Numbered from the stretch's first letter, positions 34,291 to 48,588 are shown. The stretch is DNA of 64,000 nt from Eledone cirrhosa (GCA_964016885.1 OZ024745.1:63054001-63118000), one strand, 5' to 3'. Translations and numbers: made by a program. The notes: a model not told the origin generated them from the sequence alone.

Positions 34291-37200
34291 AATATTGGAC
34301 TAGTTTCGATGTTGTTACATCTCATCAGCAATATTTACCTATCTTCCGGCCTTTCTAGAGAATCGTAAAAGCACATATCGTTATATGCTTTTTCTATGAA
34401 AATTAGTAGTGGGCAGACTAACTTGCATAGAGCGTGAGTACGTACCGGTTCAGCGGAGACGATAAAAACAAATAACGAAACGAAATCAAACCTCGTTTCG
34501 TTTGTAACTCACTCTTGTATGACTGACGCTTAAACAATTAAGTTAAAAATGTACATCCACATATGTATACTGAAATACTAGTATGCATATGAATACACAC
34601 ACGTGTACATATGTAGATGTACCGAGTTTTTCACTGGTCACTTTACTGTGAGTGTCCAGCTATTCTGTATGTAAACACACAGACAAACCGGTTTTTAGAG
34701 TCATACTGGTTTTTGAGGAAACACCTTTCCTCTATTCTCCAGAAAGCCAGACAAGGAATATTGGACTAGTTTCGATGTTGTTACATCTCATCAGCAACAT
34801 TTACCTATCTTCCGGCCTTTCTAGAGAATCGTAAAAGCACATATCGTTATATGCTTTTTCTATGAAAATTAGTAGTGGGCAGACTAACCTGCATAGAGCG
34901 TAAGTACGTACCGGTTCAGCGGAGACGATAAAAACAAATAACGAAACGAAATCAAACCTCGTTTCGTTTGTAACTCACTCTTGTATGACTGACGCTTAAA
35001 CAATTAAGTTAAAAATGTACATCCACATATGTATACTGAAATACTAGTATGCATATGAATACACACACGTGTACATATGTAGATGTACCGAGTTTTTCAC
35101 TGGTCACTTTACTGTGAGTGTCCAGCTATTCTGTATGTAAACACACAGACAAACCGGTTTTTAGAGTCATACTGGCTTTTGAGGAAACACCTTTCCTCTA
35201 TTCTTCAGAAAGCCAGACAAGAAATATTGGACTAGTTTCGATGTTGTTACATCTCATCAGCAACATTTACCTATCTTCCGGCCTTTCTAGAGAATCGTAA
35301 AAGCACATATCGTTATATGCTTTTTCTATGAAAATTAGTAGTGGGCAGACTAACCTGCATAGAGCGTAAGTACGTACCGGTTCAGCGGAGACGATAAAAA
35401 CAAATAAGGAAACGAAATTAAACCTCGTTTCGTTTGTAACTCACTTTTGTATGACTGACGCTTAAACAATTAAGTTAAAAATGTACATCCACATATGTAT
35501 ACTGAAATACTAGTATGCATATGAATACACACACGTGTACATATGTAGATGTACCGAGTTTTTCACTGGTCACTTTACTGTGAGTGTCCAGCTATTCTGT
35601 ATGTAAACACACAGACAAACCGGTTTTTAGAGTCATACTGGCTTTTGAGGAAACACCTTTCCTCTATTCTACAGAAAGCCAGACAAGGAATATTCGACTA
35701 GTTTCGATGTCGTTACATCTCATCAGCAACATTTACCTATCTTCCGGCCTTTCTAGAGAATCGTAAAAGCACATATCGTTATATGCTTTTTCTATGAAAA
35801 TTAGTAGTGGGCAGACTAACCTGCATAGAGCGTAAGTATGTACCGGTTCAGCGGAGACGATAAAAACAAATAAGGAAACGAAATTAAACCTCGTTTCGTT
35901 TGTAACTCACTTTTGTATGACTGACGCTTAAACAATTAAGTTAAAAATGTACATCCACATATGTATACTGAAATACTAGTATGCATATGAATACACACAC
36001 GTGTACATATGTAGATGTACCGAGTTTTTCACTGGTCACTTTACTGTGAGTGTCCAGCTATTCTGTATGTAAACACACAGACAAACCGGTTTTTAGAGTC
36101 ATACTGGTTTTTGAGGAAACACCTTTCCTCTATTCTCCAGAAAGCCAGACAAGGAATATTGGACTAGTTTCGATGTTGTTACATCTCATCAGCAACATTT
36201 ACCTATCTTCCGGCCTTTCTAGAGAATCGTAAAAGCACATATCGTTATATGCTTTTTCTATGAAAATTAGTAGTGGGCAGACTAACCTGCATAGAGCGTA
36301 AGTACGTACCGGTTCAGCGGAGACGATAAAAACAAATAACGAAACGAAATCAAACCTCGTTTCGTTTGTAACTCACTCTTGTATGACTGACGCTTAAACA
36401 ATTAAGTTAAAAATGTACATCCACATATGTATACTGAAATACTAGTATGCATATGAATACACACACGTGTACATATGTAGATGTACCGAGTTTTTCACTG
36501 GTCACTTTACTGTGAGTGTCCAGCTATTCTGTATGTAAACACACAGACAAACCGGTTTTTAGAGTCATACTGGCTTTTGAGGAAACACCTTTCCTCTATT
36601 CTCCAGAAAGCCAGACAAGGAATATTGGACTAGTTTCGATGTTGTTACATCTCATCAGCAACATTTACCTATCTTCCGGCCTTTCTAGAGAATCGTAAAA
36701 GCACATATCGTTATATGCTTTTTCTATGAAAATTAGTAGTGGGCAGACTAACCTGCATAGAGCGTAAGTACGTACCGGTTCAGCGGAGACGATAAAAACA
36801 AATAAGGAAACGAAATTAAACCTCGTTTCGTTTGTAACTCACTTTTGTATGACTGACGCTTAAACAATTAAGTTAAAAATGTACATCCACATATGTATAC
36901 TGAAATACTAGTATGCATATGAATACACACACGTGTACATATGTAGATGTACCGAGTTTTTCACTGGTCACTTTACTGTGAGTGTCCAGCTATTCTGTAT
37001 GTAAACACACAGACAAACCGGTTTTTAGAGTCATACTGGTTTTTGAGGAAACACCTTTCCTCTATTCTGCAGAAAGCCAGACAAGGAATATTGGACTAGT
37101 TTCGATGTTGTTACATCTCATCAGCAACATTTACCTATCTTCCCGCCTTTCTAGAGAATCGTAAAAGCACATATCGTTATATGCTTTTTCTATGAAAATT

Positions 37201-38995
37201 AGTAGTGGGCAGACTAACCTGCATAGAGCGTAAGTACGTACCGGTTCAGCGGAGACGATAAAAACAAATAACGAAACGAAATTAAACCTCGCTTCGTTTG
37301 TAACTCACTTTTGTATGACTGACGCTTAAACAATTAAGTTAAAAATGTACATCCACATATGTATACTGAAATACTAGTATGCATATGAATACACACACGT
37401 GTACATATGTAGATGTACCGAGTTTTTCACTGGTCACTTTACTGTGAGTGTCCAGCTATTCTGTATGTAAACACGCAGACAAACCGGTTTTTAGAGTCAT
37501 ACTGGTTTTTGAGGAAACACCTTTCCTCTATTCTCCAGAAAGCCAGACAAGGAATATTGGACTAGTTTCGATGTTGTTACATCTCATCAGCAATATTTAC
37601 CTATCTTCCGGCCTTTCTAGAGAATCGTAAAAGCACATATCGTTATATGCTTTTTCTATGAAAATTAGTAGTGGGCAGACTAACTTGCATAGAGCGTGAG
37701 TACGTACCGGTTCAGCGGAGACGATAAAAACAAATAAGGAAACGAAATTAAACCTCGTTTCGTTTGTAACTCACTTTTGTATGACTGACGCTTAAACAAT
37801 TAAGTTAAAAATGTACATCCACATATGTATACTGAAATACTAGTATGCATATGAATACACACACGTGTACATATGTAGATGTACCGAGTTTTTCACTGGT
37901 CACTTTACTGTGAGTGTCCAGCTATTCTGTATGTAAACACGCAGACAAACCGGTTTTTAGAGTCATACTGGTTTTTGAGGAAACACCTTTCCTCTATTCT
38001 CCAGAAAGCCAGACAAGGAATATTGGACTAGTTTCGATGTTGTTACATCTCATCAGCAATATTTACCTATCTTCCGGCCTTTCTAGAGAATCGTAAAAGC
38101 ACATATCGTTATATGCTTTTTCTATGAAAATTAGTAGTGTGCAGACTAACTTGCATAGAGCGTGAGTACGTACCGGTTCAGCGGAGACGATAAAAACAAA
38201 TAACGAAACGAAATCAAACCTCGTTTCGTTTGTAACTCACTCTTGTATGACTGACGCTTAAACAATTAAGTTAAAAATGTACATCCACATATGTATACTG
38301 AAATACTAGTATGCATATGAATACACACACGTGTACATATGTAGATGTACCGAGTTTTTCACTGGTCACTTTACTGTGAGTGTCCAGCTATTCTGTATGT
38401 AAACACACAGACAAACCGGTTTTTAGAGTCATACTGGTTTTTGAGGAAACACCTTTCCTCTATTCTCCAGAAAGCCAGACAAGGAATATTGGACTAGTTT
38501 CGATGTTGTTACATCTCATCAGCAACATTTACCTATCTTCCGGCCTTTCTAGAGAATCGTAAAAGCACATATCGTTATATGCTTTTTCTATGAAAATTAG
38601 TAGTGGGCAGACTAACCTGCATAGAGCGTAAGTACGTACCGGTTAAGCGGAGACGATAAAAACAAATAACGAAACGAAATTAAACCTCGCTTCGTTTGTA
38701 ACTCACTTTTGTATGACTGACGCTTAAACAATTAAGTTAAAAATGTACATCCACATATGTATACTGAAATACTAGTATGCATATGAATACACACACGTGT
38801 ACATATGTAGATGTACCGAGTTTTTCACTGGTCACTTTACTGTGAGTGTCCAGCTATTCTGTATGTAAACACGCAGACAAACCGGTTTTTAGAGTCATAC
38901 TGGTTTTTGAGGAAACACCTTTCCTCTATTCTCCAGAAAGCCAGACAAGGAATATTGGACTAGTTTCGATGTTGTTACATCTCATCAGCAATATT
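34291..38995 (-). ncRNA. Eleven family B hammerheads (34291-34335, then every +466)
   Basis: Reverse complement AAT(A/G)TTG-CTGATGA-GATGT AACA ACATC-GAAA-CTAG-TC-CAATATT. Confidence 0.92.
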
Positions 38996-39754
38996 TACCT
39001 ATCTTCCGGCCTTTCTAGAGAATCGTAAAAGCACATATCGTTATATGCTTTTTCTATGAAAATTAGTAGTGGGCAGACTAACTTGCATAGAGCGTGAGTA
39101 CGTACCGGTTCAGCGGAGACGATAAAAACAAATAACGAAACGAAATCAAACCTCGTTTCGTTTGTAACTCACTCTTGTATGACTGACGCTTAAACAATTA
39201 AGTTAAAAATGTACATCCACATATGTATACTGAAATACTAGTATGCATATGAATACACACACGTGTACATATGTAGATGTACCGAGTTTTTCACTGGTCA
39301 TTTTACTGTGAGTGTCCAGCTATTCTGTATGTAAACACACAGACAAACCGGTTTTTAGAGTCATACTGGTTTTTGAGGAAACACCTTTCCTCTATTCTCC
39401 AGAAAGCCAGCGTGTTTACATACAGAATAGCTGGACACTCACAGTAAAGTGACCAGTGAAAAACTCGGTACATCTACATATGTACACGTGTGTGTATTCA
39501 TATGCATACTAGTATTTCAGTATACATATGTGGATGTACATTTTTAACTTAATTGTTTAAGCGTCAGTCATACAAAAGTGAGTTACAAACGAAGCGAGGT
39601 TTAATTTCGTTTCGTTATTTGTTTTTATCGTCTCCGCTGAACCGGTACATACTTACGCTCTATGCAGGTTAGTCTGCCCACTACTAATATTCATAGAAAA
39701 AGCATATAACGATATGTGCTTTTACGATTCTCTAGAAAGGCCGGAAGATAGGTA

Positions 39755-41197
39755 AATGTTGCTGATGAGATGTAACAACATCGAAACTAGTCCAATATTC
39801 CTTGTCTGGCTTTCTGGAGAATAGAGGAAAGGTGTTTCCTCAAAAACCAGTATGACTCTAAAAACCGGTTTGTCTGTGTGTTTACATACAGAATAGCTGG
39901 ACACTCACAGTAAAGTGACCAGTGAAAAACTCGGTACATCTACATATGTACACATGTGTGTATTCATATGCATACTAGTATTTCAGTATACATATGTGGA
40001 TGTACATTTTTAACTTAATTGTTTAAGCGTCAGTCATACAAGAGTGAGTTACAAACGAAACGAGGTTTGATTTCGTTTCGTTATTTGTTTTTATCGTCTC
40101 CGCTGAACCGGTACGTACTCACGCTCTATGCAAGTTAGTCTGCCCACTACTAATTTTCATAGAAAAAGCATATAACGATATGTGCTTTTACGATTCTCTA
40201 GAAAGGCCGGAAGATAGGTAAATATTGCTGATGAGATGTAACAACATCGAAACTAGTCCAATATTCCTTGTCTGGCTTTCTGGAGAATAGAGGAAAGGTG
40301 TTTCCTCAAAAACCAGTATGACTCTAAAAACCGGTTTGTCTGCGTGTTTACATACAGAATAGCTGGACACTCACAGTAAAGTGACCAGTGAAAAACTCGG
40401 TACATCTACATATGTACACGTGTGTGTATTCATATGCATACTAGTATTTCAGTATACATATGTGGATGTACATTTTTAACTTAATTGTTTAAGCGTCAGT
40501 CATACAAAAGTGAGTTACAAACGAAGCGAGGTTTAATTTCGTTTCGTTATTTGTTTTTATCGTCTCCGCTCAACCGGTACGTACTTACGCTCTATGCAGG
40601 TTAGTCTGCCCACTACTAATTTTCATAGAAAAAGCATATAACGATATGTGCTTTTACGATTCTCTAGAAAGGCCGGAAGATAGGTAAATGTTGCTGATGA
40701 GATGTAACAACATCGAAACTAGTCCAATATTCCTTGTCTGGCTTTCTGGAGAATAGAGGAAAGGTGTTTCCTCAAAAACCAGTATGACTCTAAAAACCGG
40801 TTTGTCTGTGTGTTTACATACAGAATAGCTGGACACTCACAGTAAAGTGACCAGTGAAAAACTCGGTACATCTACATATGTACACGTGTGTGTATTCATA
40901 TGCATACTAGTATTTCAGTATACATATGTGGATGTACATTTTTAACTTAATTGTTTAAGCGTCAGTCATACAAGAGTGAGTTACAAACGAAACGAGGTTT
41001 GATTTCGTTTCGTTATTTGTTTTTATCGTCTCCGCTGAACCGGTACGTACTCACGCTCTATGCAAGTTAGTCTGCCCACTACTAATTTTCATAGAAAAAG
41101 CATATAACGATATGTGCTTTTACGATTCTCTAGAAAGGCCGGAAGATAGGTAAATATTGCTGATGAGATGTAACAACATCGAAACTAGTCCAATATT
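39755..41197 (+). ncRNA. Four family B hammerheads (39755-39799, 40221, 40687, 41153)
   Basis: aatgttg-ctgatga-gatgtaacaacatc-gaaa-ctag-tc-caatatt read directly. Confidence 0.92.
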
Positions 41198-41517
41198 CCT
41201 TGTCTGGCTTTCTGGAGAATAGAGGAAAGGTGTTTCCTCAAAAACCAGTATGACTCTAAAAACCGGTTTGTCTGCGTGTTTACATACAGAATAGCTGGAC
41301 ACTCACAGTAAAGTGACCAGTGAAAAACTCGGTACATCTACATATGTACACGTGTGTGTATTCATATGCATACTAGTATTTCAGTATACATATGTGGATG
41401 TACATTTTTAACTTAATTGTTTAAGCGTCAGTCATACAAAAGTGAGTTACAAACGAAGCGAGGTTTAATTTCGTTTCGTTATTTGTTTTTATATATATAT
41501 ATATATATATAAAATAG

Positions 41518-41700
41518 GGCGGTGGATTGGCAGTATCGGTAGAGTGTCGGACGCCATGCTTTCCAGCATAGTTACGTCCCTTTACGATCTGAGTTCAAAT
41601 CCCGCCGAGGTTGACTTTGCCTTTCATCCTTACGAGGTTGATAAAATAAAGTACCAGTAATGCACTGAGTAATTGCTGGCCTTGTGCCTAAAGTAGAAAC

Positions 41701-41705
<5 letters not shown>
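41518..41705 (+). mobile_element. tRNA-derived SINE (Meta-domain-like), near full length
   Basis: tggcagtatcgg A-box, gagttcaaatccc B-box, gcctttcatccttacgaggttgataaaataaagtaccag core. Confidence 0.85.
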
Positions 41706-41742
<37 letters not shown>

Positions 41743-42529
41743 TTGAGAGGGAGAGCAAAGCCTGTGTGGCGTGCCACAGCTTGAGATCGGTAGGTACTAG
41801 AGACGTTGGAAATCCTGGCCTTGGGTTCAATCCTGGTCAAGAGGTACCTGCAATTATTTTCAGTTTTTATTTGACAACCAATAGAAAAAAAAAACTGGAA
41901 AGGTTTACTGGGAACAAATGTATAATGAAAATTGATAATTATAAACCTACTTTCCAAATCAAATTTAAAAAGTTGTGTTGTTGTTCATGGCTTTCTAGAG
42001 CTATTAGTAATATTTAGGGTCGACTTCTCGTCATTATTGAAAGTCTCTGGATTTAGCAAAATACATAATATTTTTATTGGAGAAGGTAAGATATTTTCCC
42101 GCAAACATTTATTTGCACTGTTTTGTTTCCACTTATGTGTTTTTCGAAAATGCTATTTATTCATTATAGAAATTAAATGATAGGATTCTATATGTAGGTG
42201 GGCCCCCTTCATCTCCTGGCAATCAATATTTTTAGAGCCAGTCCGCCACTGTATATATATTATCTTTCCCTCTTTATAAATCCTTTTCCAGTGCTATCAC
42301 TGGCTGTTATGATTCATGAGATGTTTTCCTAGATATATTGTAGTACATTTTAAAATCTCTATAAGAGTTACATTAAGCAACGTTTTTCTTACTCACACAT
42401 TCTCTAATGAATTTATTACGTTTTCGCATTTTCTCATAATTAGGGTATATATGTTAAATTTTCTCTTAGGTTAATCACTACCTTGATTAAATCTTAACCA
42501 TTTAACATCTCAGGGTATGTCATGTATCA

Positions 42530-42590
42530 TTATATTTTGTCTGATGAGAACGTACTGTTGTACATCCGAAATATGCATAATAAAATGTAA
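42530..42590 (+). ncRNA. Type I hammerhead motif, family F (slightly decayed)
   Basis: TTATATTTTGT-CTGATGA-GAACGTAC TGTT GTACATCC-GAAA-TATGCA-TA-ATAAAATGTAA; 11 bp stem I; (TA)n ~35 nt downstream. Confidence 0.7.
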
Positions 42591-43404
42591 TTGATCAGAA
42601 GAACATCTATTTTATTAATATTTATATATATATATATATATATATAAGTAAAAATTAGCGAGAATCGAATTTCAGCCTATGAAATAACGAAAAAACACTT
42701 TCGAATTGTGAGGCAAGCGCTCAATAATTCAAAAGAATTACCTTACAACTTACGTTAAAGGCCAAACACACTGAGATGGTGGTTAAACTAATTATCCACA
42801 CAGCGAAGACTCGATCTCCTATTTCGGGTCAAACAGATATACAGATATAAAAATATATGAAAGCATAAATGTTTTATACTCACCGGACCCCTGGAATGAT
42901 GGTAAAGTCCAGTGTTGGGATTTCTGCGGCTCCATAAGTCATTTACTGTCCACTTACATAAAGGATGTTAAGTTTCTCGTATCCTGACTGAACTAGGAGT
43001 GCGCGTTATCAACGGGATTCAGTTCTAAAGACCACATAGATGTGTCTGTAACTGACCCCACGTGGGGTTCAGCAAGGAGGCAACACCTAAATTAGGCGAA
43101 TGAATTCATCTGTGTATAATATTGCGAAAATGCAAAATATCACAAATCGAATGAAGCTCTCGACAGAGTGGTTAAATATAACAAACCTATTCGGCAGTTA
43201 ATAGAATAGACCAAAACCAGTCAATAAAATTAACTGGCCAATAGCTAGACTATATATATATATATATATGTGTAGATAAATCTACCAAAATTTACGGTAG
43301 TGTCCAATCCGTATGAAGAACTCAATGTAATCCGGATATCATGAAAAGAGAAGATGTATTCAAAAACTATTTTCGGTGAAAAATAAACGGAAAACAGAGT
43401 CAAG

Positions 43405-45321
43405 ATAAATTAATAAAATAATGAATAAACAAAGAAACAGTTCCTTATATTAAAAAAATGTCATCATTTTACGATCGTTTCTAGGATATATATGTGTTAG
43501 AGTTGGTATGCATATTCTATAGATCTATGTACAATATTTATAGAAACTATCAACAACCATCAACAACCAAAAACATAAAACAAAATATAAGTGCCTATAA
43601 TGCATATAAATGTAAAAAACCCATGAGTATACCACCAGTACATCAAACTAACCATAATATCTCCTCAGATACAGGGTTCACGAAAGGTTGTAACTGTAGA
43701 AACAAGGCAAACTGTCCATTAAAAGGAAATTGCCTTGTTAATAACATAGTATATAAATGTAAAGTTAACACTAAGGACTCAATTTATTCATATATAGGAG
43801 CTACCTCTAACAAATTTAAGGTAATATTTAATACCCACAAACATAGTTTTAAAAATGCCGCACTAGCTAATACAACATCTCTAGCTGAAATAATTAATAG
43901 TTATAGAAAGAGGAATATAGATTATGACCTGACCTGGAGTGTGCTCAAAAGGGCCACCCCTTATCAAAATAGTAGATATGAATGTAGATTATGTTCCCAA
44001 GAACTTTTTGAAATAATGAAATCTAAGGATATCCTATTAAATAAGCGACAGGAATTAATAATATCGTGTAATCATAAACTGAGAAAAACCTTTAAATATT
44101 ATAAACCTAATTAATATACACTTTAGAAATTAATATATAAACTGTTTTTAATTTAGTTAACCTATAATTAATATTCTACTACTGATGAACTACATAATTT
44201 TACTTTCCTTCTTACAACTATCATTTCCTAAAACTGATACCATTAAGTAAACATATATAATGCTTTAACTTCAGGTTATGACTCTATGTTCCTTGAAATC
44301 TATATATATTTATTATTTCTCACTAATAAATGTAATCCCCCCCCAATAATTATATGTATATGTAAGTGTGTATGTGTGTGTGTATATATATATATGTATG
44401 TATATATGCGTGTATATATATATATATATGTGTGTATATGTGTGTGTGTATGTGTATATATATATATATATGTATATATATATGTATTATTTTTATATTC
44501 TTTTAATTTAACCCTCATCTTTAACAGCACCTTTCAAATGCATCTAACTCTTATTTATCATATCTATATGTATTAGTATAATTTTATCAATATAAATATA
44601 CCCATCAATTAAATTAATTTATATTCTTTTCATAGATGTTTTTTTTTTTTTTTTTTTCACTAACACACTTATCGTAAAACTTTAGTCTCCTTAGATATTT
44701 GCATTGGCATTACTATTTTATAACAGTAACTGCTTGTATACCTTTTACTGACCTGACCTATTTTCACCCCTAAAATAAGCTTCAATTACTACTATTTTAC
44801 CATTTGGCCAATTATTAACTTTCTATTGCTTAATTCTAAACCTCTTACCAAACAGACAGAATATATTAGATCTTTGTTGGTTTTATTCAATGAACAAATA
44901 AAATTATTTCTGAGGTCAGCATACGACCTATTTTCTTCCCTAAAATAATCCTTCATTCATAATATTCTTTTCCCTCCATAACTGAAATCTACCTTCCTCT
45001 ACCCATAATTTAAGGTTCTTCACTACTATATTACTATCTTGACCCTCACTATCTCTCTATTGGTCAATTCAAAACCTGTTCCCAAACAGACCTATTGTAT
45101 TGAATCTTTGTTTTTTTCAATAAACAAATATCATTATTTCTGAAGACAGCATATATATGTGTAGGTATGTATATTCCCTCTGATAGTTTGTATAAATATT
45201 GTACATAGATCTATGGAATATGCATACCAACTCTAACACATATATATCCTAGAAACGATCGTAAAATGATGAATTTTTTTAATATAAGGAACTGTTTCTT
45301 TGTTTATTCATTATTTTATTA

Positions 45322-45328
<7 letters not shown>
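43405..45328 (+). mobile_element. 5'-truncated PLE with an inverted copy of its 3' end (43405-43552 = reverse complement of 45181-45328)
   Basis: GIY-YIG ORF, long 3' UTR, terminal inversion, ends in (TA)n. Confidence 0.85.
43553..44114 (+). pseudogene. C-terminal GIY-YIG endonuclease of a PLE (CxCx5C type)
   Basis: GCNCRNKANCPLKGNCL...IVYKCKV...YIGAT.NKFK..FNTHKHSF...CRLC..E...LLNKRQE...CNH; RT missing. Confidence 0.88.
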
Positions 45329-45385
<57 letters not shown>

Positions 45386-45424
45386 GGTATATATTAGGAT
45401 CTATGTGAATATATATATATATAT

Positions 45425-45916
45425 AACGGCGATGAATTTGATTTGCGAGGTTTTTGATATGAAATCGTGTGTCGAAACAAATATTGTTATACTTGGGGAG
45501 GGTCATATTTGTGTAATATTGCCAGAATTAATAACAGAACACACTCACTGTTTGGTTGGAATTCGCTTTTCGCTTCTGTGTCTTTTATATCGGTAATCTA
45601 ATTTATTCGGTCCTCGATGTTGCCATTGACTGACCAACGGTCAAAAATACAGATACAATATAGACACAAACACATATATATAGTTTATCAAAGTTCTTTC
45701 GTTGCACATCTGCAACATCGTCAGTGGTGCTATTATTTCCTCCCGTTGCATTGTATTTTCTACGCCGTTGGTCAGCCAATGGCAACATTGAGGACGGAAT
45801 AAATTAGATTACCGATATAAAAGACACAGAAGCGAAAAGCGAAAACCACCCAAACAGTGAGTGTGTTCTGTCATTAATTCTGGCAATATTACACAAATAT
45901 GACCATCCCCAAGTAT

Positions 45917-45921
<5 letters not shown>
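45425..45921. mobile_element. Family H tail-out inverted module with hammerhead-like motif (45687-45728, minus)
   Basis: 45767-45921 is the inverse of 45481-45640; CTGACGA-T-GTTGCA GATG TGCAAC-GAAA-GAAC-TT. Confidence 0.75.
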
Positions 45922-45981
<60 letters not shown>

Positions 45982-45985
<4 letters not shown>

Positions 45986-46033
45986 TATGTATGTATACGT
46001 ACATACATATATGTATACAGACGTACAGTAGCA

Positions 46034-46089
<56 letters not shown>

Positions 46090-46444
46090 TACATACAGGT
46101 ACACATACATATATGCACGCATCAGTTTAGTGGACGCTTATTATAACGCCGCTTTGTTCGTTTGTAAACAAACTGAACAGCCTGAATTTATGCCATACGG
46201 TGTTAAGGCAACCACGTCACCTTTTTGTTCAACTATCTGGCAGATGGGTAAACGGTGCTGATAATAGCTAACAAGCTTGAAACTAGTACATCGTTCCTGT
46301 GTCAGTGTTGAACAAAAAGGTGACGTGGTTGCCTTAACACCGTATGGCATAAATTCAGGCTGTTCAGTTTGTTTACAAACGAACAAAGCGGCGTTATAAT
46401 AAGCGTCCGCTAAACTGATGCGTGCATATATGTATGTGTACCTG

Positions 46445-46514
<70 letters not shown>

Positions 46515-46948
46515 TGCTACTGTACGTCTGTATACATATATGTATGTACGTATACATACATACTTACATTTAAGTAAGTGCCATACTAAAAGTGAGAAAT
46601 GAAATTTCGTTTTCATTTTTTTTTTTAACTTATCGTTTTCGGTATGCCTGACCGTTTAACTCACTCAATATGCAAATTAGGCTGCTCAGCCGTTAATTTT
46701 CATAAGGAAAGTATATACTTTCGAACGTTCAACTATCTGGCAGATGGGTAAACGGTGCTGATGATAGCTAACAAGCTTGAAACTAGTACATCGTTCCTGT
46801 GTCAGTGTTGAACAAAAAGGTGACGTGGTTGCTTTAACACCGTATGGCATAAATTCAGGCTGTTCAGTTTGTTTACAAACGAACAAAGCGGCGTTATAAT
46901 AAGCGTCCGCTAAACTGATGCGTGCATATATGTATGTGTACCTGTATG

Positions 46949-47022
<74 letters not shown>

Positions 47023-47140
47023 TGCTACTGTACGTCTGTATACATATATGTATGTACGTATACATACATACTTACATTTAAGTAAGTGCCATACTAAGAG
47101 TGAGAAATGAAATTTCGTTTTCATTTTTTTTTTCAACTTA
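45982..47140. mobile_element. Family A inverted/tandem module; hammerheads at 46253-46293 (G8>A) and 46753-46793 (intact), plus strand
   Basis: CGGTG-CTGATGA-TAGCT AACA AGCTT-GAAA-CTAG-TA-CATCG; inversion at GTTCAAC microhomology ~46227-46233; (TA)n at both ends. Confidence 0.9.
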
Positions 47141-47997
47141 TATATATATTCACATAGTTGACTTTTTTTTTAGTATGAAATAAATATTATTTACCACGTT
47201 CCTGTGTACGCAGAATACAGATATAGTGTATGAACACCAAACGATTTATAATGCGAATGGGGGAATTAAAAATGATATATTACATTGTTGCTTTGTACTC
47301 GTGAACACAGTATCCATGTCAATATTTATATAATTTCGGAGGCAGATTTAATCGACTCTGCTTAACTTTCAAATACTTGACAGAGATACAAACATAAATT
47401 TGGCTGAGAATGTAACTGGGCCTAACGGTATAATGCAAGATATTTTGTCCATCGCCCTACGAATTTTATCATTCACCTCCCGAAAATGTGTTACAATATA
47501 GTCGATAATAAACAGCAGGACAGCAGCCTAAGATTTGGATAAGCAGAGTGTTTTCATCGACCGGATTACTTAGCTGGTATTTTGTTTTATCAGTGCCAGA
47601 CCGGTGGAGTACAATATTAAACGTAAAGTGCCCTAAGTAAATAACGCTATACAGTTTATGTCTCACATCACAAGTCACAAAATAACATCACAATAATAAA
47701 TAAGAACATGATTTATAAAACAGCGTTCTACATGTAAATAAATTATGCTTGATATAATGCTACTTTAATTTACTAAGGCCTGAAACACTAAAAGTATAGC
47801 AGCAAATGTAATACAATAAATATATGACATGAGAATAAAACAAGGCAATTAAATAAAGCACCAAGCAGAGCTGTCAAAGTAAGATATGATACAAGTCAAA
47901 ACATGTTTCAGGTCAAAATACACTGAGATGAACGAGCATGCCACTCTCTCTTTTTACTGTCTCTCTCTCTCTTTCCCTCTCTCCCTCACTATATACC

Positions 47998-48107
<110 letters not shown>

Positions 48108-48549
48108 GGGATGACCTGAACAAGTAAATCTTTAAACATTCTTTTAAAGTAAATTAATATACAATTTAAATATTCACCTATCCAAATTGCTTTTTCCGAC
48201 GGTTTCGGCTCACAAATGATTGGTAATCGAAAGGACTTCAGAAAACTATTTCCATTACATTGGATTTAAAATCCCATAGCAAGCAAATACACCGCTAACT
48301 GCCAGCTACTGAAAGATCAAGTGTGCCGTTAAAAGTTGACCTACATGTGAACTGGTCGTCTAGTGAAAGCGGGGATATTATAGACTTGTTGTATGCCACA
48401 CTACTAAAAATAGCAACTAGGTACAACGTCTTTTTTCTCTACACATGGGAGAATATACATAGAATGAGATTAATATTTCCACAGTACTAAGTATCCACGG
48501 AAATATATAGGGTCTCTATAATACAGTTGTTGTTCAATGGTATTAATCT

Positions 48550-48584
<35 letters not shown>

Positions 48585-48588
<4 letters not shown>

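Larger units (their letters stand above)
34070..41492. mobile_element. Family B: 466 bp hammerhead-bearing tandem array, ~11.5 units then ~4.5 inverted units (junction ~39410), bounded by (TA)n
   Basis: Exact 466 bp periodicity in the ORF track; inversion at agaaagccag|cgtgtttaca. Confidence 0.95.

Noticed and set aside
34186-41302. Repeated 60 aa ORF (MSSYSVCKH...) as a tandem gene family
   Set aside because: Starts at GTG, is antisense to the hammerhead strand and has no recognisable motif; a by-product of the 466 bp repeat
34070-41492. CRISPR-like array
   Set aside because: No unique spacers, 466 bp units, eukaryotic context and no cas genes
41750-41850. tRNA gene (gggttcaatcc B-box-like)
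   Set aside because: No cloverleaf; more likely a decayed SINE head
45170-45222. Hammerhead in the 3' end of the GIY-YIG PLE (ATATTCC-CT-CTGATAG...TAGATCTA-TGGAATAT)
   Set aside because: Stems and a palindrome are present, but the core is CTGATAG and GAAA is absent; cannot be called without a consensus
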